Virus record (IMG/VR): IMGVR_UViG_3300031976_000848
Span: 1 to 47,517 of that record
DNA: 47,517 bases
Strand: one strand, 5' to 3'
Source: a virus
Taxonomy: Duplodnaviria; Caudoviricetes
Positions 16,911 to 25,500 of the stretch are shown here, piece after piece (the first letter of the stretch is position 1; each line of letters opens with the position of its first letter). Below the pieces are notes generated by a model, which was not told the origin of the DNA, searched no databases, and saw only the letters and a program-made list of their open reading frames with translations. Position numbers and translations under genes: made by a program.

Positions 16911-17356
16911 AAACTCAGGCCAACAATCTGGACAAGTACCAGAAGCTAATCATGCAGCACGCGAAGTATTCCGACCTGATCAAAGAGCTAAAGCAAAAAG
17001 GTGGCGAGGAGTATGGATTGTGCTTTGGTGTTGACCTAAAGACCAACACGCTTGGCAATCAGCCATCTAGACAAGAAGTGAGCTCTGATTATCTTCAGCT
17101 TATTAGCATAAGCAACCGCGTTAACTGCATTGAGAACGCTATCGACTGGATGAAGGATAGCCATACCGAAGGCGATTACTGGGTAACTTTCGATGAAGCT
17201 TTTGCAGATGCTGATGCCGAGGGCTTGGTATGTCCGCATTGCCATGAAGTTCGCCGCCTCAAGCGTGAACGCATGAAGGCTATCGCTCATATGGGCGCTG
17301 TACGCGCTGCCATGACCAAGATGGGCCGCAAGCTGGCTCAAGGCGGTGTCGCATGA
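16907..17356 (+). CDS. Hypothetical protein (CPHC)
   Basis: ORF track; ATGA coupling. Confidence 0.75.
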   Translation: MKTQANNLDKYQKLIMQHAKYSDLIKELKQKGGEEYGLCFGVDLKTNTLGNQPSRQEVSSDYLQLISISNRVNCIENAIDWMKDSHTEGDYWVTFDEAFADADAEGLVCPHCHEVRRLKRERMKAIAHMGAVRAAMTKMGRKLAQGGVA

Positions 17357-17562
17357 ACCCCTCAATCAACTACAGCCCCGACCAGCTCAAATGGCTGCGC
17401 AACCAGGGCATCGTTCCGCATGAGGCGCTAGATAGTGGCACCGTACCCTGCACCACTTCACGCGGCGAAAGGTATTACACGGCAAGCGACCTAGCGCAGC
17501 TAGCGAAGCCTGGGTTTATGGATCGCTTCACCGCATGGATGAATCAGGGGGTGGCGTCGTGA
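17353..17562 (+). CDS. Hypothetical protein
   Basis: ORF track; ATGA coupling. Confidence 0.65.
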   Translation: MNPSINYSPDQLKWLRNQGIVPHEALDSGTVPCTTSRGERYYTASDLAQLAKPGFMDRFTAWMNQGVAS

Positions 17563-18452
17563 GCAATCGTCTATTCATCAGCTTTTCCGGCGGAGAGACA
17601 AGCGGGTTCATGGCGCAATGGCTGCTGACCAACAAGGCGCACGAATACGACGAGGTTTTGTGCCTTTTCGCGAACACCGGGCAAGAGAACGAGGAGACGC
17701 TGCGCTTCGTTCAGCGCTGCGATGAAGCCTTTGGTCTCAATGTCGTCTGGATTGAAGCGGATATTGATCTGGATGATCGGGCCAATAGCAGCTTCCGCGT
17801 CGTTGATTATTGGTCAGCAAGCCGCAAGGGGGAGCCGTTCGAGAAGGTTATTCAAGCCTACGGGATTCCTAACCCTGACTGGTTGCATTGCACGCGCGAG
17901 TTAAAGACCCGGCCAATGAAAAAGTATCTCAGGTCAATCGGCTGGAAGTCAGGCACATACGACACTGCTATCGGTATTCGTGCCGATGAAATCGACCGCA
18001 TGGATCCGAAAGCCAAAGACTTCCGCCTTTGGTACCCGTTGATTGAAGCGGTCGAGATGACGAAGCCGCGTATTAATTGGTTCTGGAAAGACCAGCCATT
18101 TCGACTGCGCCTGAAAGGGTACGAGGGAAACTGCGCCACTTGCTGGAAAAAAAGCACACGCAAGCTCTTAACAATCATGCAAGAGCATCCAGAGGAGTTT
18201 GATTTTAACGAGCGCATGGAGCGCCTGTATGGGCACGTTCATCCAGAAGGCCATGAAGACCGCGTTTTTTTCAGGCAGAACACTAGCACGCTAGAGCTGC
18301 GGGAAATGGCTAAGCGCGGCGGCTTCTCTCCTGCCATTGATGACGCCCAGATATACGAAGACCAATTGTCGTTTCCGTTTGATCTTGATGAGCCCGGTGG
18401 TCGTGACTGCTCTGGCGAGTCTTGCGAACCAAATTACCGGGAGGTCGCATGA
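17559..18452 (+). CDS. PAPS-reductase/PP-loop family protein with Cys cluster
   Basis: SFSGGETS PP-loop, FANTG, CTRELK, GIRADE, GNCATCWKK; GTG start overlapping upstream stop. Confidence 0.85.
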   Translation: MSNRLFISFSGGETSGFMAQWLLTNKAHEYDEVLCLFANTGQENEETLRFVQRCDEAFGLNVVWIEADIDLDDRANSSFRVVDYWSASRKGEPFEKVIQAYGIPNPDWLHCTRELKTRPMKKYLRSIGWKSGTYDTAIGIRADEIDRMDPKAKDFRLWYPLIEAVEMTKPRINWFWKDQPFRLRLKGYEGNCATCWKKSTRKLLTIMQEHPEEFDFNERMERLYGHVHPEGHEDRVFFRQNTSTLELREMAKRGGFSPAIDDAQIYEDQLSFPFDLDEPGGRDCSGESCEPNYREVA

Positions 18453-18500
18453 ACACATCAATCCGCCGGGATCGCCTCACCGCGTTTATGGGGGTGCGTC

Positions 18501-18989
18501 ATGCGTGACAGCTATGAAGATTGGGCAGACTTTGAGCTGCAATTTCTTATCGAAACGTATCCGAACAAAACATGGAGCGTTCTTTCAATAGCGCAAAAAC
18601 TGGATCGCTCCATAAATAGCATTCACCAGAAAGCGTTTTCCTTGGGAATAAAGCGTCCCAGCCGCACATTCCCACACCGCAACGACCCAGCGTTTATTTC
18701 CGACCTCAAAAAGCAGCAGCCTATTCGTCAGATAACCAGCAAGTGGGGATGCAGCAAGTCAGAGGTTGACCGTGGCAGAGCAAAGCTGAAAGCAGAAAGC
18801 GCCGAAGTGCGCCTATTGAGTGATGCCAGGATTGCAATTAGTGAGGCCATTTTCACCGCTGAGCTGGAAAAAAAGCCGCAATGCATTGTTTCAAAGGGTG
18901 ATGGCCTCGCTGTGATTCCGCTAGACCAGGCCAGCTATCAACATATGAGGGTGCTTGAGGTCGTGCATAGCGTGGGGGTGGAGTCATGA
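18501..18989 (+). CDS. HTH/Myb-like DNA-binding protein
   Basis: WADFELQFLIETYP...IAQKLDRSINSIHQKA. Confidence 0.7.
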   Translation: MRDSYEDWADFELQFLIETYPNKTWSVLSIAQKLDRSINSIHQKAFSLGIKRPSRTFPHRNDPAFISDLKKQQPIRQITSKWGCSKSEVDRGRAKLKAESAEVRLLSDARIAISEAIFTAELEKKPQCIVSKGDGLAVIPLDQASYQHMRVLEVVHSVGVES

Positions 18990-19429
18990 AAGAGCTAATC
19001 ATCCCCGTTTCCTCGCTTCAAGAGATGCAGTACGCCATCGCCCGCGTTAGCGCAGCCATCGGCAAGGGGCTTGAAAGAGCCCCGGTCGAGGTGGCGTTAA
19101 GGCATCGGGAGGATAAGCGGAGCCTGCAAGCCAATCGGCTGATGTGGAAGCTGCTTAACGACATATCACGCCAGATTGAATGGTGTGGCCAGTACCACGA
19201 CCCCGAGACGTGGAAAGACCTCATCACCGCACTGATGAAGAAGCAAACGCTACTGCCTGGCCTGGACGGCGGTTTCGTCGCAATCGGTACCAGTACTCGC
19301 AAGATGCGGAAGGCTGAGTTCTCCGACCTGATTGAGTGCATCTACAGCGTAGGTGCTGAACGCAACGTGCAGTGGTCGGCAGATACCTCTATCGACTGGG
19401 AAAGCTACAAAGAAGCGAGGGCCGCGTGA
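18986..19429 (+). CDS. ninB: NinB/Orf-family recombination mediator
   Basis: KRSLQANRLMW.LL.DISRQ..W, PGLDGGFV..G.STRKM..EFSDLIE. Confidence 0.9.
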   Translation: MKELIIPVSSLQEMQYAIARVSAAIGKGLERAPVEVALRHREDKRSLQANRLMWKLLNDISRQIEWCGQYHDPETWKDLITALMKKQTLLPGLDGGFVAIGTSTRKMRKAEFSDLIECIYSVGAERNVQWSADTSIDWESYKEARAA

Positions 19430-19674
19430 TGAATTATCCATGGTACAGCGGTTTTCAATTTGGGCTTGGTTTGGCGATGGCCTTTTTTTTGGTGCTACTG
19501 GTCGTTAGCTGGGTATGCCCTACTCCTAGAGACGATAGCGATGGGCCGGAAGCTCGAAGCGGCGTAAAGGTAATCACCGACTACAAGACCGGCATGCAGT
19601 ATCTGAAAGCGCCGGGCGGTGGCATTACTCCGCGCATGGACACAGACGGCAACCAAGTTCGGGAGTCTCGCTAA
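19429..19674 (+). CDS. Membrane-anchored small protein (DUF6440-like)
   Basis: N-terminal TM; DYKTGMQYL..GGITPR.D.DG. Confidence 0.7.
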   Translation: MNYPWYSGFQFGLGLAMAFFLVLLVVSWVCPTPRDDSDGPEARSGVKVITDYKTGMQYLKAPGGGITPRMDTDGNQVRESR

Positions 19675-20141
19675 TGCTCAAGCGCAAAACCCCACTTCGA
19701 GCCAAGAAGCCCATGGCCCGCAAGCCCATCAAGCGCGGTTTGTCGTCAAAGAGCGCCGCCTATGCGAGAGACAAAAAGGCTAAGCGTCAACGGATGAGAG
19801 ACAAGCGCTGGCGGAGTGAGCAATACCTGGCGTTCGTTCGCTCGCTGCCGTGTTCAGTATGCGGCGCAACGGAGGGCGTAGCAGCTCATCACATCACCGG
19901 CATGTACCAGCTTAGCGGTATGGGCCTAAAGCCCGCTGACAGCTTCACTATGCCAGCCTGCGACCCGATTTATAAGCACAACCGCGACTGTCACCAGCAG
20001 ATACACCGACTCAAGGCGCTACGCGATATGCAACCTCAATGGCTGCGCACCACTTTGCGCGCTGGGATTGCTCAATTCACTGGCGAGGCGCAGGAGCAGC
20101 TATTGCACGCCTTGGCATTTTTGGAGGCGAAAGAACAATGA
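19674..20141 (+). CDS. DUF968/NinG-like Zn-binding nuclease-fold protein
   Basis: KRWRSEQYLAFVRSLPCSVCG...AHH...GMGLKP.D..TMPAC...CH. Confidence 0.8.
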   Translation: MLKRKTPLRAKKPMARKPIKRGLSSKSAAYARDKKAKRQRMRDKRWRSEQYLAFVRSLPCSVCGATEGVAAHHITGMYQLSGMGLKPADSFTMPACDPIYKHNRDCHQQIHRLKALRDMQPQWLRTTLRAGIAQFTGEAQEQLLHALAFLEAKEQ

Positions 20142-20299
20142 AATCAGCATTTCTTCTAATTATTGGCGGGTTCGCCCTTGTTGCTGTAGGCAGCCTTGAG
20201 CTTGGGCACCACAACCATTTATCCACCATGACCGGCGTTCTGCTGATCGGCATGGGCAATATCTGCATGCAAATTAGCAAACTGCGAGATCGGTTATGA
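20138..20299 (+). CDS. Small two-TM membrane protein
   Basis: ATG at 20138 with GGAGG SD; two hydrophobic stretches. Confidence 0.55.
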   Translation: MKSAFLLIIGGFALVAVGSLELGHHNHLSTMTGVLLIGMGNICMQISKLRDRL

Positions 20300-20688
20300 G
20301 CCCACGCGAACTAAACCCCATTACCAGCAGCGCAACTAACAGCCAGGCGCTCGAAACGGCTAGAGAGTTGGGCACTTGCAGCGATGGCAAGCTTTGCGGC
20401 GTGCCTCCCGCTGTGGGCGATGACGCTTATTGCGTGGATTGTCCGAATAGGCACAAAGACGGAATGCCAGCGCACAGCAAATACCACCGCGAGATCAAGC
20501 CCGGCGTGTTCGTCGATGTTTATTCAGTGCTGGTGGCTTTTGGAGTCACTAATCCAGCAGATGCGCACGCTATTAAGAAGATGCTAATGCCCGGAGGGCG
20601 CGGCGTGAAGGACGCCATACAAGACCGTAAAGAAGCGATTGAGTCGATAAATCGCGCCATTGAGATTGAGATGGAGGGGCTCTCATGA
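20296..20688 (+). CDS. Hypothetical phage protein
   Basis: VDVYSVLVAF.VTNPA..HAIKK.L.PG.RG.K motif. Confidence 0.75.
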   Translation: MSPRELNPITSSATNSQALETARELGTCSDGKLCGVPPAVGDDAYCVDCPNRHKDGMPAHSKYHREIKPGVFVDVYSVLVAFGVTNPADAHAIKKMLMPGGRGVKDAIQDRKEAIESINRAIEIEMEGLS

Positions 20689-21260
20689 ATTGGGCAGACA
20701 TCTTCGAGTATCGGGACGGCCACTTGTACTGGAAGAACAGGCCTGAAGATAGCTTTAAATCTAAGGCTTCCTATAAGCGCTGGGTGGGTAGGTTTTTAGG
20801 GAAGAGAGTAGGAACTGATTCGTCCGTTCGCCGGGCTAGGGTCCGGCATGTTCAGGTGGTTTTCGACGGTCAAAAATTCTATGCCCATAGAATTATCTGG
20901 GAAATGCATCACGGCGCGATTCCTGACGGAATGCAGATCGATCATATAGACGGCGATGGATTAAATAATCGGCTAGAAAACATACGCCTAGTGACCGCAG
21001 GAGGAAATCGCAAGAACCAGCCTCTACGTAAGGACAACAAAACAGGATTGTTTGGAGTTCGCTGGTGGGCTCAGAGACAGAAATTTGAGGCGTATATCGA
21101 TTCGGGCGGAAAGCGCATTCGTCTTGGGTTGCATAAAACGCTTCTTGATGCTGCTTGCGTAAGGAAGTCCGCTGAACTGGCCCTCAATTTTCATAAAAAC
21201 CACGGTCGAATCGACGACATCATCGCCAGCGCTAAGCGGGCCAAGGAGTTAGAGCAATGA
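20685..21260 (+). CDS. HNH homing endonuclease with AP2-like domain
   Basis: AHRIIW, IDHIDGDGLNNRLENIRL, N..G..GV.W, LG.HKT..DAA..RK.AE. Confidence 0.9.
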   Translation: MNWADIFEYRDGHLYWKNRPEDSFKSKASYKRWVGRFLGKRVGTDSSVRRARVRHVQVVFDGQKFYAHRIIWEMHHGAIPDGMQIDHIDGDGLNNRLENIRLVTAGGNRKNQPLRKDNKTGLFGVRWWAQRQKFEAYIDSGGKRIRLGLHKTLLDAACVRKSAELALNFHKNHGRIDDIIASAKRAKELEQ

Positions 21261-21439
21261 TCATGATCGATTCTAAGGCTGGGCAGCGGCTGGCTAGAGC
21301 CCGCCAAAAGGTAATTGATACCGGAATTAAGCAGCAACAGCCATGGCTTGATGCAATAGATGAGTTTGATGAGGCTGCCACAGAGCTGGCTAACGAGCTA
21401 ATCACTGCGGGCCACGCTGACGCAGAGGATTACAGCTAG
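21257..21439 (+). CDS. Hypothetical protein
   Basis: ORF track; coupled. Confidence 0.6.
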   Translation: MIMIDSKAGQRLARARQKVIDTGIKQQQPWLDAIDEFDEAATELANELITAGHADAEDYS

Positions 21440-21780
21440 TGAGCGACTTAGCCCTAGGCCGCATGAAGGCGGGAAAGATGAATCAGACAGAGGCGACCTA
21501 TGCCGCCCTGCTGGAAACCTGCAAGCAGGCTGGCGAGATCGTCTGGTACTCGTTTGAGGGTATGACTTTCAAGCTGGCTGATAACACACGCTATACGCCT
21601 GACTTTGCCGTGATGCGCGCCGATGGGCTGATCGAGATACACGAAGTGAAAGGGTTCTGGCGGGACGACGCGCGAATCAAGATCAAGGTGGCAGCCGAGC
21701 TGTTCCCCTTTCGCTTTATTGCCGTGAAAAAGCAGAGCAAGAAGGATGGCGGCGGCTGGAGTCGGGAGGTATTCGAGTGA
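21439..21780 (+). CDS. PD-(D/E)xK endonuclease (DUF1064-like), putative resolvase
   Basis: MNQTEATY..RYTPDF..HEVKGFW.DDARIKIK. Confidence 0.8.
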   Translation: MSDLALGRMKAGKMNQTEATYAALLETCKQAGEIVWYSFEGMTFKLADNTRYTPDFAVMRADGLIEIHEVKGFWRDDARIKIKVAAELFPFRFIAVKKQSKKDGGGWSREVFE

Positions 21781-21926
21781 GCGAAACGACTAGATGGATT
21801 TTAGCAACAGTCATCCTGCTGTTTGTCTGCATGGCCATAGGTATCTGGCAGGGCGTCATTATCTGGGAAGAATGCCGCGAAGCCGGTCACAGCGCTTTCT
21901 ACTGCATGAGGATGGTGACGCGATGA
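21777..21926 (+). CDS. Small TM protein, 49 aa, not in ORF track
   Basis: GTG start overlapping upstream TGA; TM segment WILATVILLFVCMAIGIW. Confidence 0.55.
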   Translation: MSETTRWILATVILLFVCMAIGIWQGVIIWEECREAGHSAFYCMRMVTR

Positions 21927-22123
21927 GCCAATTCAACTGGAGCGAATCCTGCTGGTGTGCAAAGTGCGACGAAGCCGAGCGTGCCAAGAGCAGCAACCCG
22001 TTTAGCTATATGCGCATGAATCTATGCCCTGACTGCGGCAACAAGCGCTGCCCCAAAGCGACTGACCACCGCAACGCTTGCGGCGACAGTAACGAGCCAG
22101 GGCAAGAAGGGAGCCGGTACTAA
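21923..22123 (+). CDS. Cys-rich hypothetical protein (CPDCGNKRCPKA)
   Basis: ATGA coupling; recurrent phage motif. Confidence 0.7.
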   Translation: MSQFNWSESCWCAKCDEAERAKSSNPFSYMRMNLCPDCGNKRCPKATDHRNACGDSNEPGQEGSRY

Positions 22124-22371
22124 TGAAGCGCCCTAAAGCATGGCCCGATGGCAGCCCGCTAGGCGGTGAGAACGGCTATCCACCTGAATGGCACGAATGG
22201 GCCAAAGAGTGTCAGGTGAAATACGTGGCTAGGCAAATGCTGGCCGTGCGCAAAGAGAGTCGGCGTGCTGTGCATGAGCAGTGGGCAAAGGTATTCCCGC
22301 ACGCAACGCAAGACGCAGTTAAAGCGGTTTGGGATGAAGTGGTTCAGGAAAAACGACAGGGGGCGGCATGA
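22123..22371 (+). CDS. Hypothetical protein
   Basis: ORF track; coupled. Confidence 0.6.
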   Translation: MKRPKAWPDGSPLGGENGYPPEWHEWAKECQVKYVARQMLAVRKESRRAVHEQWAKVFPHATQDAVKAVWDEVVQEKRQGAA

Positions 22372-22973
22372 AATACCTAGCAAATAATCCGCGTGAGGCG
22401 TGGGCGATGGCGTTTGAAAGCGGTATTCGCACCCAGGCGGCAGCCGATCTTGAAGAGGCAGGCGCAAAGGTGCAGACCAGTGGGGCCAAGAGTGGCGGCT
22501 GCTTTGGGGATGAGTACACGCCTGTTTATTCCGCCATCCGACGCATGGAGCGCGAGACTCCCCTGCTGGCTGCCGTAGGCCATTGGCTTTGTCTGGCCGA
22601 TACGGGCGCAGCGAACCAATACTTAGATGACGTAGCCGAGGCCATTCTTGAGCTGTACGTAGCGAAAACGCCAGAGTGGAGTAGTTACCGCACTGCACGT
22701 AAAGAGCGCGTAGAGGCGCTTATACAAGCGCGCATGATGCAAGACCGGAATGATATGGATGGCTCAAGGCCGCTTTGGCAGCCATTGGAAATAGCATTTT
22801 ACTGCCGGGAATACATGGGCGTGAAGATTGTCGCCAAGAATTGGCTGCAGGATGGATGGCACCGCGAGTGGTCAAAGATCGGCGACATTATGGCTTCACT
22901 GGAAAGCCAGGCCATGGAACCGATATACCAAGTGATTAAGCAGACCAACAGGCTGTACAAAAATGCAGCATAA
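22368..22973 (+). CDS. Putative late-gene regulator (Q-like antiterminator by position)
   Basis: Last gene before a sigma70 promoter-terminator pair and the lysis genes; family not recognised with certainty. Confidence 0.6.
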   Translation: MKYLANNPREAWAMAFESGIRTQAAADLEEAGAKVQTSGAKSGGCFGDEYTPVYSAIRRMERETPLLAAVGHWLCLADTGAANQYLDDVAEAILELYVAKTPEWSSYRTARKERVEALIQARMMQDRNDMDGSRPLWQPLEIAFYCREYMGVKIVAKNWLQDGWHREWSKIGDIMASLESQAMEPIYQVIKQTNRLYKNAA

Positions 22974-22976
22974 ACC

Positions 22977-23005
22977 TTGACCTCCAAATAAGGTTCGGAT
23001 AAAGT
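22977..23005 (+). promoter_or_regulatory. Late promoter pR'
   Basis: TTGACC-17-TAAAGT. Confidence 0.75.
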
Positions 23006-23054
23006 ATTAATCACTAAGCTGGACAAATTGCGCTTCACCAGCACTTGATCTTAC

Positions 23055-23083
23055 AAAGCCTCGCCATCGTGCGGGGCTTTTCT
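23055..23083 (+). terminator. tR'-like terminator
   Basis: AAAGCCTCGC/GCGGGGCTTT stem plus T-tract. Confidence 0.75.
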
Positions 23084-23210
23084 CGTTCGGGCCGCTGGAT
23101 CACATATCGGCTACCACCCTATCGCCTCTGCCGGTTGGCCCAACTCTTTCCCTAGCCCAGCACCTGGGCATTACCGCCCTTCCCTGCGACTTTTTTATTA
23201 CAGGTATCCC

Positions 23211-23813
23211 ATGGCTTTCACCTTCCTGCGCTACGTGCCCCAGGAGGGTACGGCTACGTATACCCCGCAGCCGTTCATGCTGCCGTGGGGCGCCAAAGTC
23301 GATGATGCGTTTATCGACAAGCTATTTGAAATCTGCGAGCGCATGGGCTGGGGGCCGGACTTGGCCGATGACTTGATGGGCTGTATCGCCTTTGAGTCTG
23401 CCAGGACGTTCTCTCCCAGCATCAAAAACCAAGCGGGCAGCAGCGGTCGAGGCTTGATCCAATTTATGGAGGCCACTGCCCGCGACCTAGGCACCACTAC
23501 CGACGCCCTCGCCCGCATGACTGCAGTCGATCAGCTCGAATACGTTTACGCCTACTTCACTAAGTACCGATGGCACGAACGAGTAAAACAGCTCGAAGAC
23601 ATGTACATGGCGATTCTCATGCCCAAGTACATCAGCTCCCCGCTCGGTACCGTGCTATTCAACGATGGCACCCGGGCATACACGCAAAACCGCGGGCTAG
23701 ATGCTGACGAAGACGGGCGCATCACGAAAGCCGAAGCTGCCGCTAAGGTTCGCGCCGTTTACTTGGAGGGCTTTAAAGCAGGAAATGCCCGCGAGGTTTT
23801 CTACACCGAATAA
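23211..23813 (+). CDS. Endolysin (lysozyme/transglycosylase fold)
   Basis: LMGCIAFES (catalytic E), GLIQFM, QLEYV..YF, AY.QN.GLD.D.DGRIT. Confidence 0.85.
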   Translation: MAFTFLRYVPQEGTATYTPQPFMLPWGAKVDDAFIDKLFEICERMGWGPDLADDLMGCIAFESARTFSPSIKNQAGSSGRGLIQFMEATARDLGTTTDALARMTAVDQLEYVYAYFTKYRWHERVKQLEDMYMAILMPKYISSPLGTVLFNDGTRAYTQNRGLDADEDGRITKAEAAAKVRAVYLEGFKAGNAREVFYTE

Positions 23814-23851
23814 CGCTCGCAAAGGTGAGCCCAAAACATTAGGAGCCCTAT

Positions 23852-24070
23852 GTGAGTGACGACGACAACTGGCCAGGCGGCAATCGCCCCCCGTCGCCAC
23901 CGAGCGCGTGGGAGCTAGAACGCCGCATCGCACTACTTGAACAGTCGAGTCAGAACATCCGCGAGGAGTTGCACAAGATCAACTCCAATATATCCAAGCT
24001 GGTATGGATCGTGCTAACTGCCGTGATCTTGGGCGGCCTCAATCTGGTGATCAACCAAGGCGGCGTGTAA
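23852..24070 (+). CDS. Holin-like/XhlA-like single-TM protein
   Basis: Coiled coil followed by C-terminal TM, within the lysis cassette. Confidence 0.65.
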   Translation: MSDDDNWPGGNRPPSPPSAWELERRIALLEQSSQNIREELHKINSNISKLVWIVLTAVILGGLNLVINQGGV

Positions 24071-24546
24071 TGAACAGCACACCTGCACAGAAGATAGGGA
24101 TATCGCTGCTGACGTGGTGCATTGTTTTATTCGGCGCGGTAACCATGGGTTTTGTATTACGCGAAACGGATGGTCGCGTTTATCCGGTCATTCAAGATTT
24201 TCGAGTTAGCGAAGTCAACGCCCAAGACGGCGGCGTCACGATCAGCGGCACAATGGACAAGCGCCGAGAGTGCTACTTCCGTGAGCTTGTCGCCTACGCC
24301 CGCTATGACGATGAGAAATTCCCGATAGCGGTCCCGATTGAGTTTGATGCGGCTCCTGTCATATCCCGTTCGGCCATTGCCCAAGCATGGGGACCATGGA
24401 TCGTGGAGCTAGGTGAGGATTACACAGACGCCGAGGTGTCGCTGTATACCCGCCACTCCTGCCACTCGCTATGGGATACGTCCTCTCAGATCGCTAGGTT
24501 CAGCATCCGCAAGGAAAACGATGCCGCGACCATAATCAGGAATTGA
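24070..24546 (+). CDS. N-terminally anchored periplasmic protein of the lysis cassette
   Basis: TAATG coupling; one TM followed by a beta-rich domain. Confidence 0.7.
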   Translation: MNSTPAQKIGISLLTWCIVLFGAVTMGFVLRETDGRVYPVIQDFRVSEVNAQDGGVTISGTMDKRRECYFRELVAYARYDDEKFPIAVPIEFDAAPVISRSAIAQAWGPWIVELGEDYTDAEVSLYTRHSCHSLWDTSSQIARFSIRKENDAATIIRN

Positions 24547-24548
24547 TC

Positions 24549-24794
24549 ATGAAGCGAATTCAATTAGCCGAAGACGCGCCGGTATGGCATCGGCTCTGGT
24601 CTAACCAAGCGTCGATACTTTCCGCTGTCACTATCGCCCAAGGCTTACTCCCCTACTGGGACGGCATCATTCCTGATCAGTGGTTCATGCTAGCCGGTGC
24701 GGTTATCTCAAGCGCTGCGTTCATCCTCCGCAACATCGAGCAGCCAGCATTAAAGGCTAAGCGCGAACAGAAGCGAGGGCAGCCCAATGGTTGA
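24549..24794 (+). CDS. Holin (two TM)
   Basis: WHRLWS, two TMs, RNIEQP and basic C-tail. Confidence 0.75.
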   Translation: MKRIQLAEDAPVWHRLWSNQASILSAVTIAQGLLPYWDGIIPDQWFMLAGAVISSAAFILRNIEQPALKAKREQKRGQPNG

Positions 24795-25038
24795 GTTAAT
24801 CGGCGGCATCTTCGTTCTATTGCTCGGTGCGTTAGGCGTTCTGTTCAAGCAACGTAACAACGCACGCAAGAAGGCCGACACCGCAGAGCGCAAAGCCGAG
24901 CAAGTAACTGCTGTGCGTGAGAAAGAGCGCGATATTGATCAAGCCAGGGCTGAGGCCCGCAACGAATCCCAAGAGGTGCAGCGTGAAGCCGACGAACGCC
25001 CGACCACTGATCGCCCTACTGGCTCTTTCCGTCGCTAG
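24787..25038 (+). CDS. Inner-membrane spanin (Rz-like)
   Basis: N-terminal TM plus coiled coil. Confidence 0.8.
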   Translation: MVELIGGIFVLLLGALGVLFKQRNNARKKADTAERKAEQVTAVREKERDIDQARAEARNESQEVQREADERPTTDRPTGSFRR

Positions 25039-25237
25039 CTGCACGACCGTCGAATACGTGTCTGTCACGCCTGAATGCACGCCACCGCCCTCTCCTGCGT
25101 TGCCCGCCATTGATCGCGGCAGTCTGTGGGATTCGCTTGGGGATGAGCGTTACCGTGAGCTAGAGAGCTATATCAACGGCGTATGGGCATATTCAGATGA
25201 ACAAGCCGCGATGCTTGAGGAGTTGTGTGATGAGTGA
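24983..25237 (+). CDS. Outer-membrane spanin lipoprotein (Rz1-like)
   Basis: GTG start, lipobox LSVAS-C, Pro-rich linker, overlaps the i-spanin. Confidence 0.8.
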   Translation: MKPTNARPLIALLALSVASCTTVEYVSVTPECTPPPSPALPAIDRGSLWDSLGDERYRELESYINGVWAYSDEQAAMLEELCDE

Positions 25238-25242
25238 CGAGA

Positions 25243-25341
25243 ATGACGGTCTCTAAACGCCTCTCTGCCTGGCTGCGCCTCCGCTACATCATCGCTGTCT
25301 ACCTGCTGTCGTGTTACTGGCACCGTAAGCGCAAACATTGA
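25243..25341 (+). CDS. Possible 32-aa cationic membrane peptide
   Basis: MTVSKRLSAWLRLRYIIAVYLLSCYWHRKRKH read by hand. Confidence 0.35.
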   Translation: MTVSKRLSAWLRLRYIIAVYLLSCYWHRKRKH

Positions 25342-25472
25342 ATAGGATTTGATTAACTCACGCCGAAAGGTAAAGGAGGTTGATCCTATCTCCATGCAGG
25401 GCTCTGGAACCCTGTGCCACGCCGGGAGGCGTAGATGCGCATCAAAGAGCGTTCCGTTTTCCTGGGCGCTCT
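25342..25472 (+). ncRNA. Unidentified structured RNA element
   Basis: Nested stems with GAAA and GGGA tetraloops in an intergenic gap. Confidence 0.5.
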
Positions 25473-25500
25473 CTAATGTGTATTGACCATAGGTAATGAT

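Noticed and set aside
17559-18452. Complete phosphorothioation (dnd/ssp) system
   Set aside because: No partner genes present
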